A DNA stretch of 64,000 bases from an uncultured Gemmatimonadales bacterium (GTDB lineage: Bacteria > Gemmatimonadota > Gemmatimonadetes > Longimicrobiales > RSA9). The notes beneath the pieces were generated by a model, which was not told the DNA's origin, searched no databases, and worked only from the letters and a program-made list of their open reading frames with translations. Where the stretch lies: NCBI GenBank assembly GCA_963798085.1, contig CAWCRS010000005.1:256001-320000 (forward strand), read 5' to 3'. A program made the position numbers and the translations under genes. Within the stretch, counting starts at the first letter, position 1, and the number at the start of each line of letters is the position of its first letter. Of the stretch, positions 19,364-29,643 are shown piece by piece.

Positions 19364-21025
19364 TCAATTGCCGCCGCGCGATGGCAACGTCACGCGCGTT
19401 GTGTCATCGGTCGTGCGGCGGCCCCGGGGACACGTGTCCGGCCAGCCGGCGGGACCACCGCGGCCACCGCGGCCCTGCGCCATCTGACTGGCATTGGCAC
19501 GCTCCCGCGAGATGAAATCGGGATCCTCCGATGCAAGGTAGACCAGCATGGCGGTGATAGTTGCGTTTCCCTTCAATTCGTCAAACACCACCTTATCGAA
19601 GGTGTCACGATTGGTGTGGTGCGTGTACGGATTGTAGTCCCAGCTCACCGAGCTGAGGCCGAACGCAGGCAGGCCGTAGCAGTCGAAGGAGGCGTGGTCC
19701 GTGCCGCCGCTGGCCGGACCACCGATGCCGCCCATGCGCACCTGGTCCTGGAATTCACGCGGCAGCTGCGCCAGCCACTTCTGCAGATGCGCCGCGCCGT
19801 CGGGCAGGCCGGCGCCGCTCGTGTTCTGGATGCGGCCCGTGCCGTTGTCCTGATTGAAAAGCGCGGCCAGTCCCTTGCGGATCTCCGGATGATCGAACGC
19901 GAACGCCTGCGAGCCGATCAGCCCCTGCTCCTCCCCGCTCCAGTGCGCGGACACGATGGTGCGCCGCGGGTTCGGATACACCTGGCGCAGGATGCGCATG
20001 GCCTCGAGCATGACAATGGTGCCCGTGCCGTTGTCGGTGGCGCCCGATGCCGCGTCCCAGGAGTCGAAGTGCGACGACAGCATCACGTACTCGTCGGGCT
20101 TCGCCCGCCCTTTCACTGTAGCGATCGTGTTAGCCACAGGCACCTCGCCCAGGGCCTCGGCGTCCGTGTTCACGCGCAGCACTGCGCCCTGGTTCCGCTC
20201 GGTGAGACGGAACAGCAGACCATAGTCCTCACAACTCATGGTTATCGCCGGCGCCACCCTGTTCTGCGTCTGCGCCACCGTGTACGTGCCCCAGCCGTCC
20301 ACGGCTGATGTCGTGATGATGCCGGCGGCGCCCGCCTGCTCGAGACGCTCGTTGAGCGAGAGCCGCGGCCGTCCCGCATCGGGTGCGGCACCTCGCCCGC
20401 CCCGCCCGAAATTCACGCCCGTCCCTTCCAGCCGCTGCGCGAACGCGCCCGAGTACTGCGCGTTCACCGAGTCCAGCCGCTGCAGTTCGCCCGGCGCTGC
20501 GATCTGCTCCCACTCCGAGCGCGGCCGGCACGACGCCTTCGGCGGCGACATCAGCACGAACCGGCCCTTCACTGAGGGCAGCCATTTCAGAAATGCCATG
20601 CTGTCCTGCAACACCGGAATCAGCACCGCGGCGCCTGTCACATCCCTGCCCTTGGTGCTGGGACTCCATGGCAGCATCAGCGCATCCAGCGTGCGCGCGC
20701 GCGGCGCGATCAGATCCACGTGCGTGTGGCCGCGCCGCCAACCGCGCCAGGTTCCGTACGGTTCGTTCTTCGCTTCGATGCCCCAGGACCGGTAGGTCTT
20801 CACCAGCCAGTCGTTGCCCGCCTTCTGTCCCGGGCTGCCTGTCAGGCGAGGACCGATCGAGTCGAACAGGGCCTGCGCCATGTCCCACGTTTTCGAGCTG
20901 TCCATCCCCAGAGCCCAGATGCGCTTCAGCACCGGGTCGTTCGTGGTGAAGGTCTGCGCACGCGCGCGACTCGCGGGAACGAGCAGCGCGCCGGCAATCA
21001 GCAGCAACAGGGATTTGCGCGACAT
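19364..21025 (-). CDS. Secreted M28 metallopeptidase (carboxypeptidase Q-like)
   Basis: IGPRLTGSP, SHFDSWD..SGATDNGTG, SGEEQGL.GS, GTDH.SF, HHTNRDTFD; signal peptide from 21025. Confidence 0.9.
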   Translation of the reverse strand: MSRKSLLLLIAGALLVPASRARAQTFTTNDPVLKRIWALGMDSSKTWDMAQALFDSIGPRLTGSPGQKAGNDWLVKTYRSWGIEAKNEPYGTWRGWRRGHTHVDLIAPRARTLDALMLPWSPSTKGRDVTGAAVLIPVLQDSMAFLKWLPSVKGRFVLMSPPKASCRPRSEWEQIAAPGELQRLDSVNAQYSGAFAQRLEGTGVNFGRGGRGAAPDAGRPRLSLNERLEQAGAAGIITTSAVDGWGTYTVAQTQNRVAPAITMSCEDYGLLFRLTERNQGAVLRVNTDAEALGEVPVANTIATVKGRAKPDEYVMLSSHFDSWDAASGATDNGTGTIVMLEAMRILRQVYPNPRRTIVSAHWSGEEQGLIGSQAFAFDHPEIRKGLAALFNQDNGTGRIQNTSGAGLPDGAAHLQKWLAQLPREFQDQVRMGGIGGPASGGTDHASFDCYGLPAFGLSSVSWDYNPYTHHTNRDTFDKVVFDELKGNATITAMLVYLASEDPDFISRERANASQMAQGRGGRGGPAGWPDTCPRGRRTTDDTTRVTLPSRGGN

Positions 21026-21276
21026 GGCCGTGACAGTGTTGGAGGGATGCGCGACCCGCTGCGCGCATGCGATGCCGCAGCGCGCGGCTTCACTCGCAGC
21101 GTGGCAGTCGATTCTGTCTGATTGCGACCGCGGGCGCAAGGAAGGGCCGCAGAGCCAGCTTCCGTCGCGACGTTTGTACGACGGTGGCCGGCAGTGAATC
21201 ATGCATCCTGAGCGCGGTTCCGCGCTGCCCGGACAGCGTCGCGGCAGACGCTGGCCGCGCCGCCGTGACGCTCGTG

Positions 21277-21951
21277 TCACGCAGGCTTTCCGGTAGCCGG
21301 CATGGACTGCGCGACGCCCAGGTAGCGCAGCACCAGGTTCGTCAGGTCCTCGATGAGCACATCCGTCGGTACGGCGTAGAAGTGTGGCGTGCGCGGCGCC
21401 AGCACGACGATCCGCAGCACGGAAATCAGCGCCGTCCACACGAAGTCCATGCCGTGCGCCGCATCCGGATAACCGAGCTGTTCCCGATGCGTCTCCAGCA
21501 GCTGGCGGCAGTACTGCAGCGCCGCACCGCGCATCTGTTCGACGCGCCGGCGAAAACGCGGATCCGGGTGCTGCTCCGCGTAGGCGAGCAGCGCCGCCAG
21601 CCGGCGTCGGTGCTGCACGTAGTGGCGCACGGTTCCGGCAATCAGCGCCGTGAGCGCGTCGTGCAGGCTCACGTCCTTCCAGCGCTCCGGGGCGAGGACG
21701 CGCGCGTTGTCTGCCTCGGCTCGCCGGCAGAAGCGCAGGAACACGGCGCGCAGCAGGGCATCCTTGTCCGCGAAGCGCTTGTACACGTTGCCCACGGACA
21801 TGCCGGCGCGCTCGGCAATGGCCGGTACGGTGGCCGCTTCCAGCCCACCCTTGCCGAGCAGCGCTTCGGTGGCATCGAGCAGGCGGTCCGTGCTTCGTTT
21901 CGCCTGGGCGGCGCCGCGCGTGGCAGTCTGTGCTGCGCCCTGGTTCGCCAT
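21277..21951 (-). CDS. TetR/AcrR family regulator
   Basis: LLDA...L...G..A.TV..IA.RAG.SVG.VY.RF.DK..LL. Confidence 0.92.
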   Translation of the reverse strand: MANQGAAQTATRGAAQAKRSTDRLLDATEALLGKGGLEAATVPAIAERAGMSVGNVYKRFADKDALLRAVFLRFCRRAEADNARVLAPERWKDVSLHDALTALIAGTVRHYVQHRRRLAALLAYAEQHPDPRFRRRVEQMRGAALQYCRQLLETHREQLGYPDAAHGMDFVWTALISVLRIVVLAPRTPHFYAVPTDVLIEDLTNLVLRYLGVAQSMPATGKPA

Positions 21952-21977
21952 TGGGTTCCTCCTTGACCCTTGCTCAG

Positions 21978-22016
21978 GTGAACACAGATTCACCCGACCA
22001 GTGAATCATGGTTCAC
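21978..22016. promoter_or_regulatory. Tandem palindromic operators GTGAA-N6-TTCAC, probably for TetR
   Basis: GTGAAcacagaTTCAC (21978-21993) and GTGAAtcatggTTCAC (22001-22016) between the divergent tetR and hydrolase genes. Confidence 0.7.
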
Positions 22017-22045
22017 CAGGCGCCGACGCGCCAGTGCGAGGTCGC

Positions 22046-24144
22046 ATGGATCCCGCTGACTCCAAACCGGCCGCCGCCAGTCCCGTAGGCCTGCCGGCCA
22101 CGCTCGCCGGCTTCCACGATGTGGCCGACTTCCGCATCATCGTCAACGAGGAGACGCTCGGTCAGGCGCATTCCGAGTGGCGCGCCGATGGTTCCTTCAA
22201 CGCGTGGAGCCGCATCAGTCTGGCGGACCAGTCCATCGAGCACACCCTGCGGGTCACGCCCGACGATCGGGGCTGCTGGCGGGAAATCGTGGCGGTCGGA
22301 CCCAATGGCGTGCGCACGAGTGTGCGTGAGGGCACGCAGGTCCGGCGCACCGCGCGCGTGGGCGACCGCGAGCAGAACAGCGCCTTCGAGATGCCCGCCG
22401 GTGCGCTGCTGTTCGATGCCAGTGCGCCCGCGCTCATGGCACAGGCTGTTGGCCTGTATGACAGCGAGCGCGGCGGCGTGCAGGCCTTCCCCCTGCTGGT
22501 GGGCGGACGGCCGCCGGTGACGCTGCAGCTGGAGGCGGGCGCGACCACGCTGCACCTCGTCAATGGCAGGGACACCCCGCTTTCGTGTTACCGCTACGCC
22601 ATCCCGGGCGCGGATTTTCTGGTGTGGGCGGACGCGGGCGGCCGCGTCATGGCGGGGCACTGGCCGCGCAGAATATGGCGTTAGTGCGCGCCGGCTGCGT
22701 GCTGCGCCCCGCTCCGGCCGCTGGCGCCGCCATGCTGTCGGCTCCCGACCGCGAGGTCAGCATCCAGCGCGCCGTGGCCATACCCATGCGCGACGGCCTG
22801 TCTCTGCTGACCGACATCTATCGCCCGGTCGGCCTCGAACGTGCCCCCGTGGTGCTGGTGCGCACGCCCTATCGACGGCAGTTGTGCGAACTGCAGGCGA
22901 TGTACTACGCACGCCGCGGCTACGTCTACGCGGCGCAGGACTGTCGCGGCTGTTTTGATTCGCCCGGCGAATGGGAACCGTTCGTGCACGAAGGTCGCGA
23001 TGGTTTCGACACCATCGAGTGGCTGGCAGCGCAGTCATGGACCGATGGCCGCGTGGGCATGATTGGCGGGTCCTGCCTGGGGCTGGCGCAGTGGCTCGCG
23101 GCCGCCGAGCGGCCGCCCCATCTGGTCACCATCATTCCCAATGTTTCACCCACGGATCCCTTCTACAACCTGCCGTACGAGTACGGCGTGTTCTGTCTGC
23201 TGGGCACGCTGTGGTGGGCGGAGGTAATGGAGACGCGCGCCGGCGCAGACATCTCCGGTGTCGCGCTGAGCCGCGTCGGGCAGAAGCGCTATCTGACGCT
23301 GCTGCGCGCCCTGCCTGTTGTCGATCTGGATGTGGCCACGCTGGGGCACGCGAACGCGTGCTGGCGCCGCTGGATCGAGCATCCCACCGAAGATGCGTAC
23401 TGGCAGAGCGCCTGTTTCCTCGAGCGGCTGGCGCATGTGGACATCCCCGTCTTCCATCAGTCGGGCTGGCATGACGACAACGGCCTCGGCACGAAGCTGA
23501 ACTATCAGCGCATGGCCGCCAGCGGGCACGGCTTCCAGAAGCTGACACTGGGACCGTGGGGCCACACGGACACGGCGGTGCGCATGGTCGGCGATCGTGA
23601 TTTCGGTGAAGGCGCCCTGCTCGACCTGCCGCGTGAGTATCTGCGCTGGTTCGACCGCTGGCTCAAGGGCGCGGTGCACGAGTACAGGCAGCGCATGGCG
23701 GCCGAGCGCATGGACAATCTGATCTACGACACGGAACCGCTCACCGAGGCGCTCACCTTCGCCGGTCCCATCTCCGCCGTGCTCTACGCCTCGACGACCG
23801 CGCGCGATACGGACTGGTTCCTCACGCTCAGCGAGATCACCGCGGATGGCACGATCCGCCGGCTGGTCCAGGGCAGGCTGCGGGCGCGCTTCCGCAATTC
23901 GATGAAAGCACCCGAGCTGCTCGTTGCTGACGCGGTGTTTGCCTGCGCCATCGACCTCTGGCACACCGGTGTCAGCCTGCCGCCCGGCTCCCGCCTGCGA
24001 CTGGAAGTGGCCAGTGCCGCATTTCCCATGTTCTCGCGTAATCTCAACACCGGCGGCCACAATGAAACGGACACCGCGTACGTGAGCGCGCGCCAGACCG
24101 TGTACCATGACGCCGCGCGGCCGTCACACATTGTGCTGCCGTGA
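22046..24144 (+). pseudogene. CocE/NonD (peptidase S15) hydrolase with N-terminal extension, probably decayed
   Basis: IPMRDG..L.TDIY.P, RTPY, QD.RG, DG.DTIEW...Q.W.DG.VG, GPWGH, FP.FSRNLNTG. Frameshift near 22665, nucleophile motif GGSCLG instead of GxSYxG, and an apparent deletion after WFDRWLKG. Confidence 0.7.
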
Positions 24145-24301
24145 TCCCGCTCGCCTGACTCCGGCAGCGCGCCTCGCCCTGCCCCGTTCGCAGCGTCCCG
24201 TGCAGGGTGACGGGAACGACTTCATCACGCCCTGCCCCACAACAGTCCCGCGCGCGTTGCCCGCAGCGCCGTCACCGGCATTCTGATTCCGCGACATTAA
24301 C

Positions 24302-25138
24302 ATGGAGGCGTGCATGCGCGTGCCACGGCGGCTGGCGAGTGGAAGTCGTGTGTTGTATGCGACGACGTTCGTACTGCTTGCGTCCGCTCCGCCGGCGCTC
24401 GCGCAAGGCACGGACACGGCGACGGCAATCGTGCTGCTTCCCGGCGCGGAGCTGAACACCGCCCGCCTCGCGCCACCGTGGAGCAACCGCTGGCGCATTA
24501 CCTACCAGCTGCCGGATGGCCGGGAAGTTCCGGGTGGCGCCACACGCGTTGCGCTGTGGTACGACAGCGTGGGTCTGGTCACGGAGGGCGGCCGGCAGCT
24601 GCTGCATCGCAGGCAGGTCCTGTACAACCCCGCAAACACGCTGCTCGAAACCATCGACAACTGGGTGGATCCGCACACCCTGGCGCCGGTGCGCACGCAG
24701 ACGCGGTATCCCGCGTCCGGTGTTTCCCTGCGCACGTACGATGGCGCACACGTCACCGGTAGCGACCCGGATACTTCGGCTGCGGATGGCGTGCGGCGCA
24801 TCAATGTCACGCTCGCCCAAGCTCCCTTCGACTTCTTCGGCGGCCTCTACGACGTGCTCATCGCGGCCCTGCCGCTGCGCGCCGGCTACGTCGCGCGCAT
24901 TCCCGCCGACTACAGCGGCGCCCCCGGGGGTGCGGCATTGCAGTGGGTCACGCTGCGCGTGCTCGGCCGCGAACAGCTGGCCGCCTACAGTGGCGGGCCT
25001 GCCTCCGTCTGGCACGTCGAGACCGGCGCGACACCTATGGGCCGTTTCGCGTTCTGGGTCACGGAGCAGCCGCCGCATCTGGTACGCATGTGGTACATCG
25101 GGCCGCGCGGCGGAAAGCAGATCTGGAACGTCGGCTGA
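24302..25138 (+). CDS. Secreted hypothetical protein (DUF3108-like beta-rich fold possible)
   Basis: Signal peptide ending ALA-Q; LIAALPL..GY, V.G.E, W.VE motifs; start uncertain. Confidence 0.6.
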   Translation: MEACMRVPRRLASGSRVLYATTFVLLASAPPALAQGTDTATAIVLLPGAELNTARLAPPWSNRWRITYQLPDGREVPGGATRVALWYDSVGLVTEGGRQLLHRRQVLYNPANTLLETIDNWVDPHTLAPVRTQTRYPASGVSLRTYDGAHVTGSDPDTSAADGVRRINVTLAQAPFDFFGGLYDVLIAALPLRAGYVARIPADYSGAPGGAALQWVTLRVLGREQLAAYSGGPASVWHVETGATPMGRFAFWVTEQPPHLVRMWYIGPRGGKQIWNVG

Positions 25139-25303
25139 ACCCCGTCACTGCGGCGGTACTCGCACCGCAACATCGCGTTACCCGCGCCCGCATCGTCTGT
25201 CAGGCAATCACCGACGCGGCGACGGGATGCGGCGGCTGGCGCGACCCGGCCGGATTGTCCATCGTCGCTCCGGGTGCTGTACGCGTGTCAGACGGAGGCC
25301 GCT

Positions 25304-26170
25304 GTGAAGACGTGGCTGAAGCTGGGTGGGGGTACGGCAGCCGGAGCTGCGACCGCGGCACTCGTTGCGCTCGCCGGCGGCACGCTGTTGTGGAACCGCG
25401 CCACCAGCCGCGCCGTTCGGCGACTCGATTCGCTGGCGGGTGCCGCAGGCGTTCGGCGTAATGCCGTGTTTGAGCCTCGTCGCCTGGAAGGCCTGCCCCC
25501 GCCTGTGGTGCGCTACTTCCAGTTCGCACTCACGCCCGGCCTGCCGCTGGTTCTGCGGGCGCGCATCCGTCATCAGGGCGAGTTCTGGACGAAGCCCGGC
25601 GGGACCGCCAGTCCGTTCCGGTCGCTGCAGCATTTCGCGGCGAGTCCGCCCGGCTTCGTGTGGGATGCCGACATCCGCATGGCGCCCATGCTCCATGCAC
25701 GCGTGCGCGACAGCTATCTCAATGGCGAGGGCGCCATGCTGGGACGGCTGGGCGGCGTGGTGCCGATCGTGAATCAGCGGGGCACACCGTCCATCGCCGC
25801 CGGAGCGCTCGTGCGCTGGCTCGCCGAAGCGGTCTGGTTCCCCACCGCGCTGCTGCCCGGCCCCGCCGTGTCCTGGTCCGCCATCGATGACAGCACGGCG
25901 CGCGTAACCTTGCGTGATGGCCGCAATACCGTGTGGCTGGACGCGCATTTCGGCGAGCGTGGCGAGATCGCCCGGGTCTCCACGATGCGCGATCGGGATG
26001 TCAACGGTGTCGGCGTTCCCACGCCATGGTCTGCCGTACACCTCGACTATCAGCGCGTGCACGGCATGATGATCCCCATGGCGGGCGAAGTCACCTGGTC
26101 TCTGCCCGAAGGACCGTACCTGTACTGGCGAGGTCGCATTCGCGAGGCCAGCTACGAGCTTGCCCGCTGA
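25304..26170 (+). CDS. DUF6544-like membrane-anchored protein
   Basis: LP.PV.RY, Q.F....PGFVW.A, D.Y..G.G, L.R.LAE.VW.PTALL, Y.R..G..IP..GEV.W; GTG start after GGAGG. Confidence 0.75.
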   Translation: MKTWLKLGGGTAAGAATAALVALAGGTLLWNRATSRAVRRLDSLAGAAGVRRNAVFEPRRLEGLPPPVVRYFQFALTPGLPLVLRARIRHQGEFWTKPGGTASPFRSLQHFAASPPGFVWDADIRMAPMLHARVRDSYLNGEGAMLGRLGGVVPIVNQRGTPSIAAGALVRWLAEAVWFPTALLPGPAVSWSAIDDSTARVTLRDGRNTVWLDAHFGERGEIARVSTMRDRDVNGVGVPTPWSAVHLDYQRVHGMMIPMAGEVTWSLPEGPYLYWRGRIREASYELAR

Positions 26171-26410
26171 GCCAGCCGCACGGGCAAGCCTCGGCAACGC
26201 CAACCAGCCGACGCCCGAACCTGCATCGCCTGCCTGATGCGATCATCCTGGACGCCGGGCAGAGTTCCGTAGTGCGCGCAGGGCGGACCGCGGCTCCAGC
26301 CGTCTCGCCCCGCTGATTGTCTGCACCCATACTACCAGGGCGGCGCCGGCCGGCCGCGGCAACGCCGGCAAGGATCTGCGCGCCAATTCACCTCGCACTG
26401 GAGGACTGTC

Positions 26411-27146
26411 ATGGACGAGCGCATGCGCCGCGATCTGCGCCTGCTCAAGGCGTATTCGCTGCTGCTGACATTGCTGCTGGGGGCACTGGCCGTGGCCGCC
26501 TTCCGCGGCCCGCAGAAGCAGCGCTTCGGCGAAATCAATGTCGAGCGCATCAATGTCGTCGAGCCGGACGGCTCACTGCGCATGGTGATCGCCAATCGCG
26601 CGCGCTCCATCGGCCCCATCTACAAGGGCAGGCCGTTCGGCTATCCCGGCGGCACGCGGCCGGGCATCATCTTCTTCAATGATGAAGGCACGGAAAACGG
26701 CGGCCTCACGTTCCAGGGCCAGCGGCGCCCGGATGGCACGTTCACCGCTAACACCGGACTATCGTTCGATCAGTTCGAGCAGGACCAGATCGTGGTGCTC
26801 AATTACGCGGACGACAACGGCACGCGCCGCGCCGGGCTCACCATCGGCGACCGCGCCAACGTCAACATCTACGACATGGTGCTGCAGCGCGATTCCATCA
26901 TGAAGCTGCCCGCCGGCCCCGCCCGCGAATGAGGCGCTGCGCCGCTGGCAGGGGCCGCGCGCTGGCGTGCCGCTGTACGCGCCGCGCGTGTATCTCGGTC
27001 GCGATCCGCGCCGCTCCGCCGTCCTCGACCTCGACGATCCAATGGGCCGGCCGCGGCTCCGTCTGCGCGTCGATTCGCTGGGCGTGCCCAGCCTCGAGTT
27101 CCTCGACGAGAACGGCGCCGTCACCGCCAGGCTGCCGCAGCGCTGA
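26411..27146 (+). CDS. Conserved hypothetical protein with N-terminal TM helix; frameshift near 26929
   Basis: GGAGG RBS; EI.VERINVVEPDG..RMVI.N, FFNDEG.ENGGL, FDQFEQDQ; the frame resumes at 26931 and reads RLRLRVDSLG.PSLEFLDENG to TGA at 27146. Confidence 0.7.
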
Positions 27147-27250
27147 ATCGGGAACGTCACGCGAAGCGCGTGGTCGCCTGCGCTTGCCCGCGTCCGGGCG
27201 GCGAGGCATCGTCAGGGCCGACACCGTTCGCCAGGAACCGGAGGTGCTGT

Positions 27251-28693
27251 ATGCGACGACTCTGCCTCGTCCTTTCCGTCGCGCTCGCCCTGCCCGTCCC
27301 ACTGCCAGCGCAGACTACGGACACCGAGCGTGCGGCCGCAGGCGCCATCACGCAACAGATCGCCGCGCTGCAGGACAGACTGCAACCCGGGCGTTCCGCC
27401 GAGCGCCTCGTCGCGCGCCAGGACGCCGACCGCGACCGCGTGTTGCAGCGCGCCGCCGAGTTGTGGAATGGTGGACTGCAGGCGCTCAGTGACTGGATCG
27501 GGCATCATCCCGAGGTCGGCTGGAAGGAACAGCAGGCAGTCGACACGCTGACAAAGGTGCTGGCGCAGATGGGCTTCCGCATCGAGCGCAACGTGGCCAG
27601 TCTCGAGACGGCTTTCGTCGGCACCTGGGATTCACCTGCGGGCACGAATGGCCCGACCATCGGCTTCATTGGCGAATACAATGCACTGCGCGGCACCAAT
27701 GGCGCATTCCACGGTGACCAGCACAACGCACAGTCGCCCGTGGCCATGGCGGCCGCGCAGGCGCTGGCTGAAGTCATGACGAACCGGAAACTGCCCGGTC
27801 GCATACGCTTCTATGGAACGCCTGCCGAAGAAGTGGGACCACCCGCCAAGACCATCATGTGGAAGGCCGGCGTGTTCAAGGGCGCGGACATCCTGCTGCG
27901 CAGCCACAGCGCGATGTCGACGGCGCGCGGCCGCGCCGGCTTCGGTGTATGCTGCCTCAACATCAACGAAGTGAAATACACGTTCAAGGGTCGGCCGGCG
28001 CACCAGCTCAGCTCGTGGAACGGCCGCAATGCACTGGAGGGCGCGGTCTCGTTCTACACGGCGGTGGACCGCCTGCGTTCGACGTTCCGCCCGGAGGCCT
28101 CCATCCAGGGTGTCATCCCGGAAGGCGGCGTCGCGCCCAACGTCGTGCCCGATCGGGCGGTCGTCGACTACTACGTACGCTATCCCGACGAAGTCTACCT
28201 CGAGCACATCACGAAGATGATGGATGATGCGGCGCGTGGCGCCGCGCTGGCGACGGGAACGGAAGTCAGCATCGATCGCTACGGAGAGTATCGCGATGGC
28301 GTGTCGCTGGGCACGCTCGAGGAGCTCTATTTCGCGTACGCGCGACAGCTGGGGGCGCCGGCACTCGTGCCCGATCCCGAGCGACCCGCCGGCTACGAGG
28401 AGACCGGCTGGGTCACGCGTGACATTCCCGGTCTCGGTGTGAGCGTGAGCAGCTCCGGCTCACCCAATCACACGTACGGCATGCTGGACGACGCCTTCAC
28501 CGATGTGGGTCACACCGGCTTCCGCATGGATGCGCAGATCATGGCGGCCGTGGCGTGGGATTTCCTGACCAATGCGCAGCTGCGCGCCGACGTGAAGAAC
28601 GAACACGGTGTTCTGGCAGGACTGCTCGAGCAGTATCACACACAGCTCCGGGCCGTGTACGAAAAGGAGATCGGTCCGGGCACCAGCAGGTGA
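27251..28693 (+). CDS. Secreted M20 amidohydrolase (AbgB/PM20D2-like)
   Basis: HPEVG.KE, EY(N)AL, HGDQHN, GTPAEE, F.G..AH, GG..PNVVPD; signal peptide; ATG after GGAGG. Confidence 0.85.
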   Translation: MRRLCLVLSVALALPVPLPAQTTDTERAAAGAITQQIAALQDRLQPGRSAERLVARQDADRDRVLQRAAELWNGGLQALSDWIGHHPEVGWKEQQAVDTLTKVLAQMGFRIERNVASLETAFVGTWDSPAGTNGPTIGFIGEYNALRGTNGAFHGDQHNAQSPVAMAAAQALAEVMTNRKLPGRIRFYGTPAEEVGPPAKTIMWKAGVFKGADILLRSHSAMSTARGRAGFGVCCLNINEVKYTFKGRPAHQLSSWNGRNALEGAVSFYTAVDRLRSTFRPEASIQGVIPEGGVAPNVVPDRAVVDYYVRYPDEVYLEHITKMMDDAARGAALATGTEVSIDRYGEYRDGVSLGTLEELYFAYARQLGAPALVPDPERPAGYEETGWVTRDIPGLGVSVSSSGSPNHTYGMLDDAFTDVGHTGFRMDAQIMAAVAWDFLTNAQLRADVKNEHGVLAGLLEQYHTQLRAVYEKEIGPGTSR

Positions 28694-28705
28694 AGACGAG
28701 CCGGC

Positions 28706-28725
28706 CCGCGGGCGGGTGCCCGCGG
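28706..28725. terminator. GC hairpin between convergent genes
   Basis: CCGCGGGC-gggt-GCCCGCGG; no clear U-tract. Confidence 0.3.
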
Positions 28726-28762
28726 CGCGTGCGAGACAGGAGCGCGCGCGGCTGACAGCGTG

Positions 28763-29263
28763 TCAGGCCTGGGCCTTGCCGTCCACCATCTGGACGAGAG
28801 TCTGCAGCGCGATGATGCGGTAGCTGCGCTCGCCGGCCGGCAGGCGTACCACCACTTCCTCCTCCAGCTGGTGACCGAGCAGCGCGCGACCAATCGGTGA
28901 CGCCATCGAGATCTGATTGGTGTCCAGGTCGATGAAATCTCCGAACACGATGGTGTACTCGATCTCCTCCCGCGTCGCTGCATCGCGCACGGTGACCCGC
29001 GAGCCGAATCCGACGCGATCCGTCGCGATCTGCTTGGGGTCGATCTTGGACAGCTCACCTGCGCGCTGGCGCAGGTGCTGAATCCGACTCTGCACGAACT
29101 GCTGCCGCTCGATCGCCGACTTGTAATCCGCGTTCTCGCTCAGGTCTCCCAGCTCGACAGCCTTGCGGATGGCAATCGGCAGCGTGACCGTCAGCTCCTC
29201 CATCAGCCGATCGATCTCGTCCGCAATCCGCTGTTTCATTTCCTCCAGCATGAGCTTCTCCAC
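28763..29263 (-). CDS. greA: Transcription elongation factor GreA/GreB
   Basis: GDLSENADY acidic tip, VGFGS.V, IS..SPIGRALLG. Confidence 0.9.
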   Translation of the reverse strand: MEKLMLEEMKQRIADEIDRLMEELTVTLPIAIRKAVELGDLSENADYKSAIERQQFVQSRIQHLRQRAGELSKIDPKQIATDRVGFGSRVTVRDAATREEIEYTIVFGDFIDLDTNQISMASPIGRALLGHQLEEEVVVRLPAGERSYRIIALQTLVQMVDGKAQA

Positions 29264-29643
29264 GCAATGCGCCCGCTGATTCCGGCGCCATGGGACAAAC
29301 TGTCTGTCAGCCGGTGTCGTGAACCCCGGCCTCAGCCGCCGCGGGGCGGCAGTGGACCTGTCGGATGAGCCGAGCCGATCGGCCCGGCATTCTACAATAC
29401 TAGGCGTGCCCGGCCCCGTCGACTCCCCGGGCCTCGACCTCGCCCCGCAAGCCAGCCAGGCGAGACGGCTGGCGCGCCATAACAGCCCTGTCTACTATAG
29501 AGGGTGCGTTGACAGCGCAGCCCGTCGCTCCCCAGCCTCCACACGGGCTTCCTCGATGTTCCTCTGGCGCGCTGCCAGCGGTCTTGCCGGCCCGTGAGCC
29601 CCGGTCCGTGGGTCGGCTAACACGACATCGCCAAGGATGGCAC

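Noticed and set aside
5549..24144. Diversity-generating retroelement as the cause of A>G changes
   Set aside because: No reverse transcriptase or TR/VR repeat pair is present, and the changes include T>C and are scattered over unrelated genes.
26296..29472. 14-bp inverted match CCAGCCGTCTCGCC / GGCGAGACGGCTGG about 3.1 kb apart
   Set aside because: It is short and GC-rich, and it encloses greA and a peptidase with no transposase or recombinase, so chance is likely.
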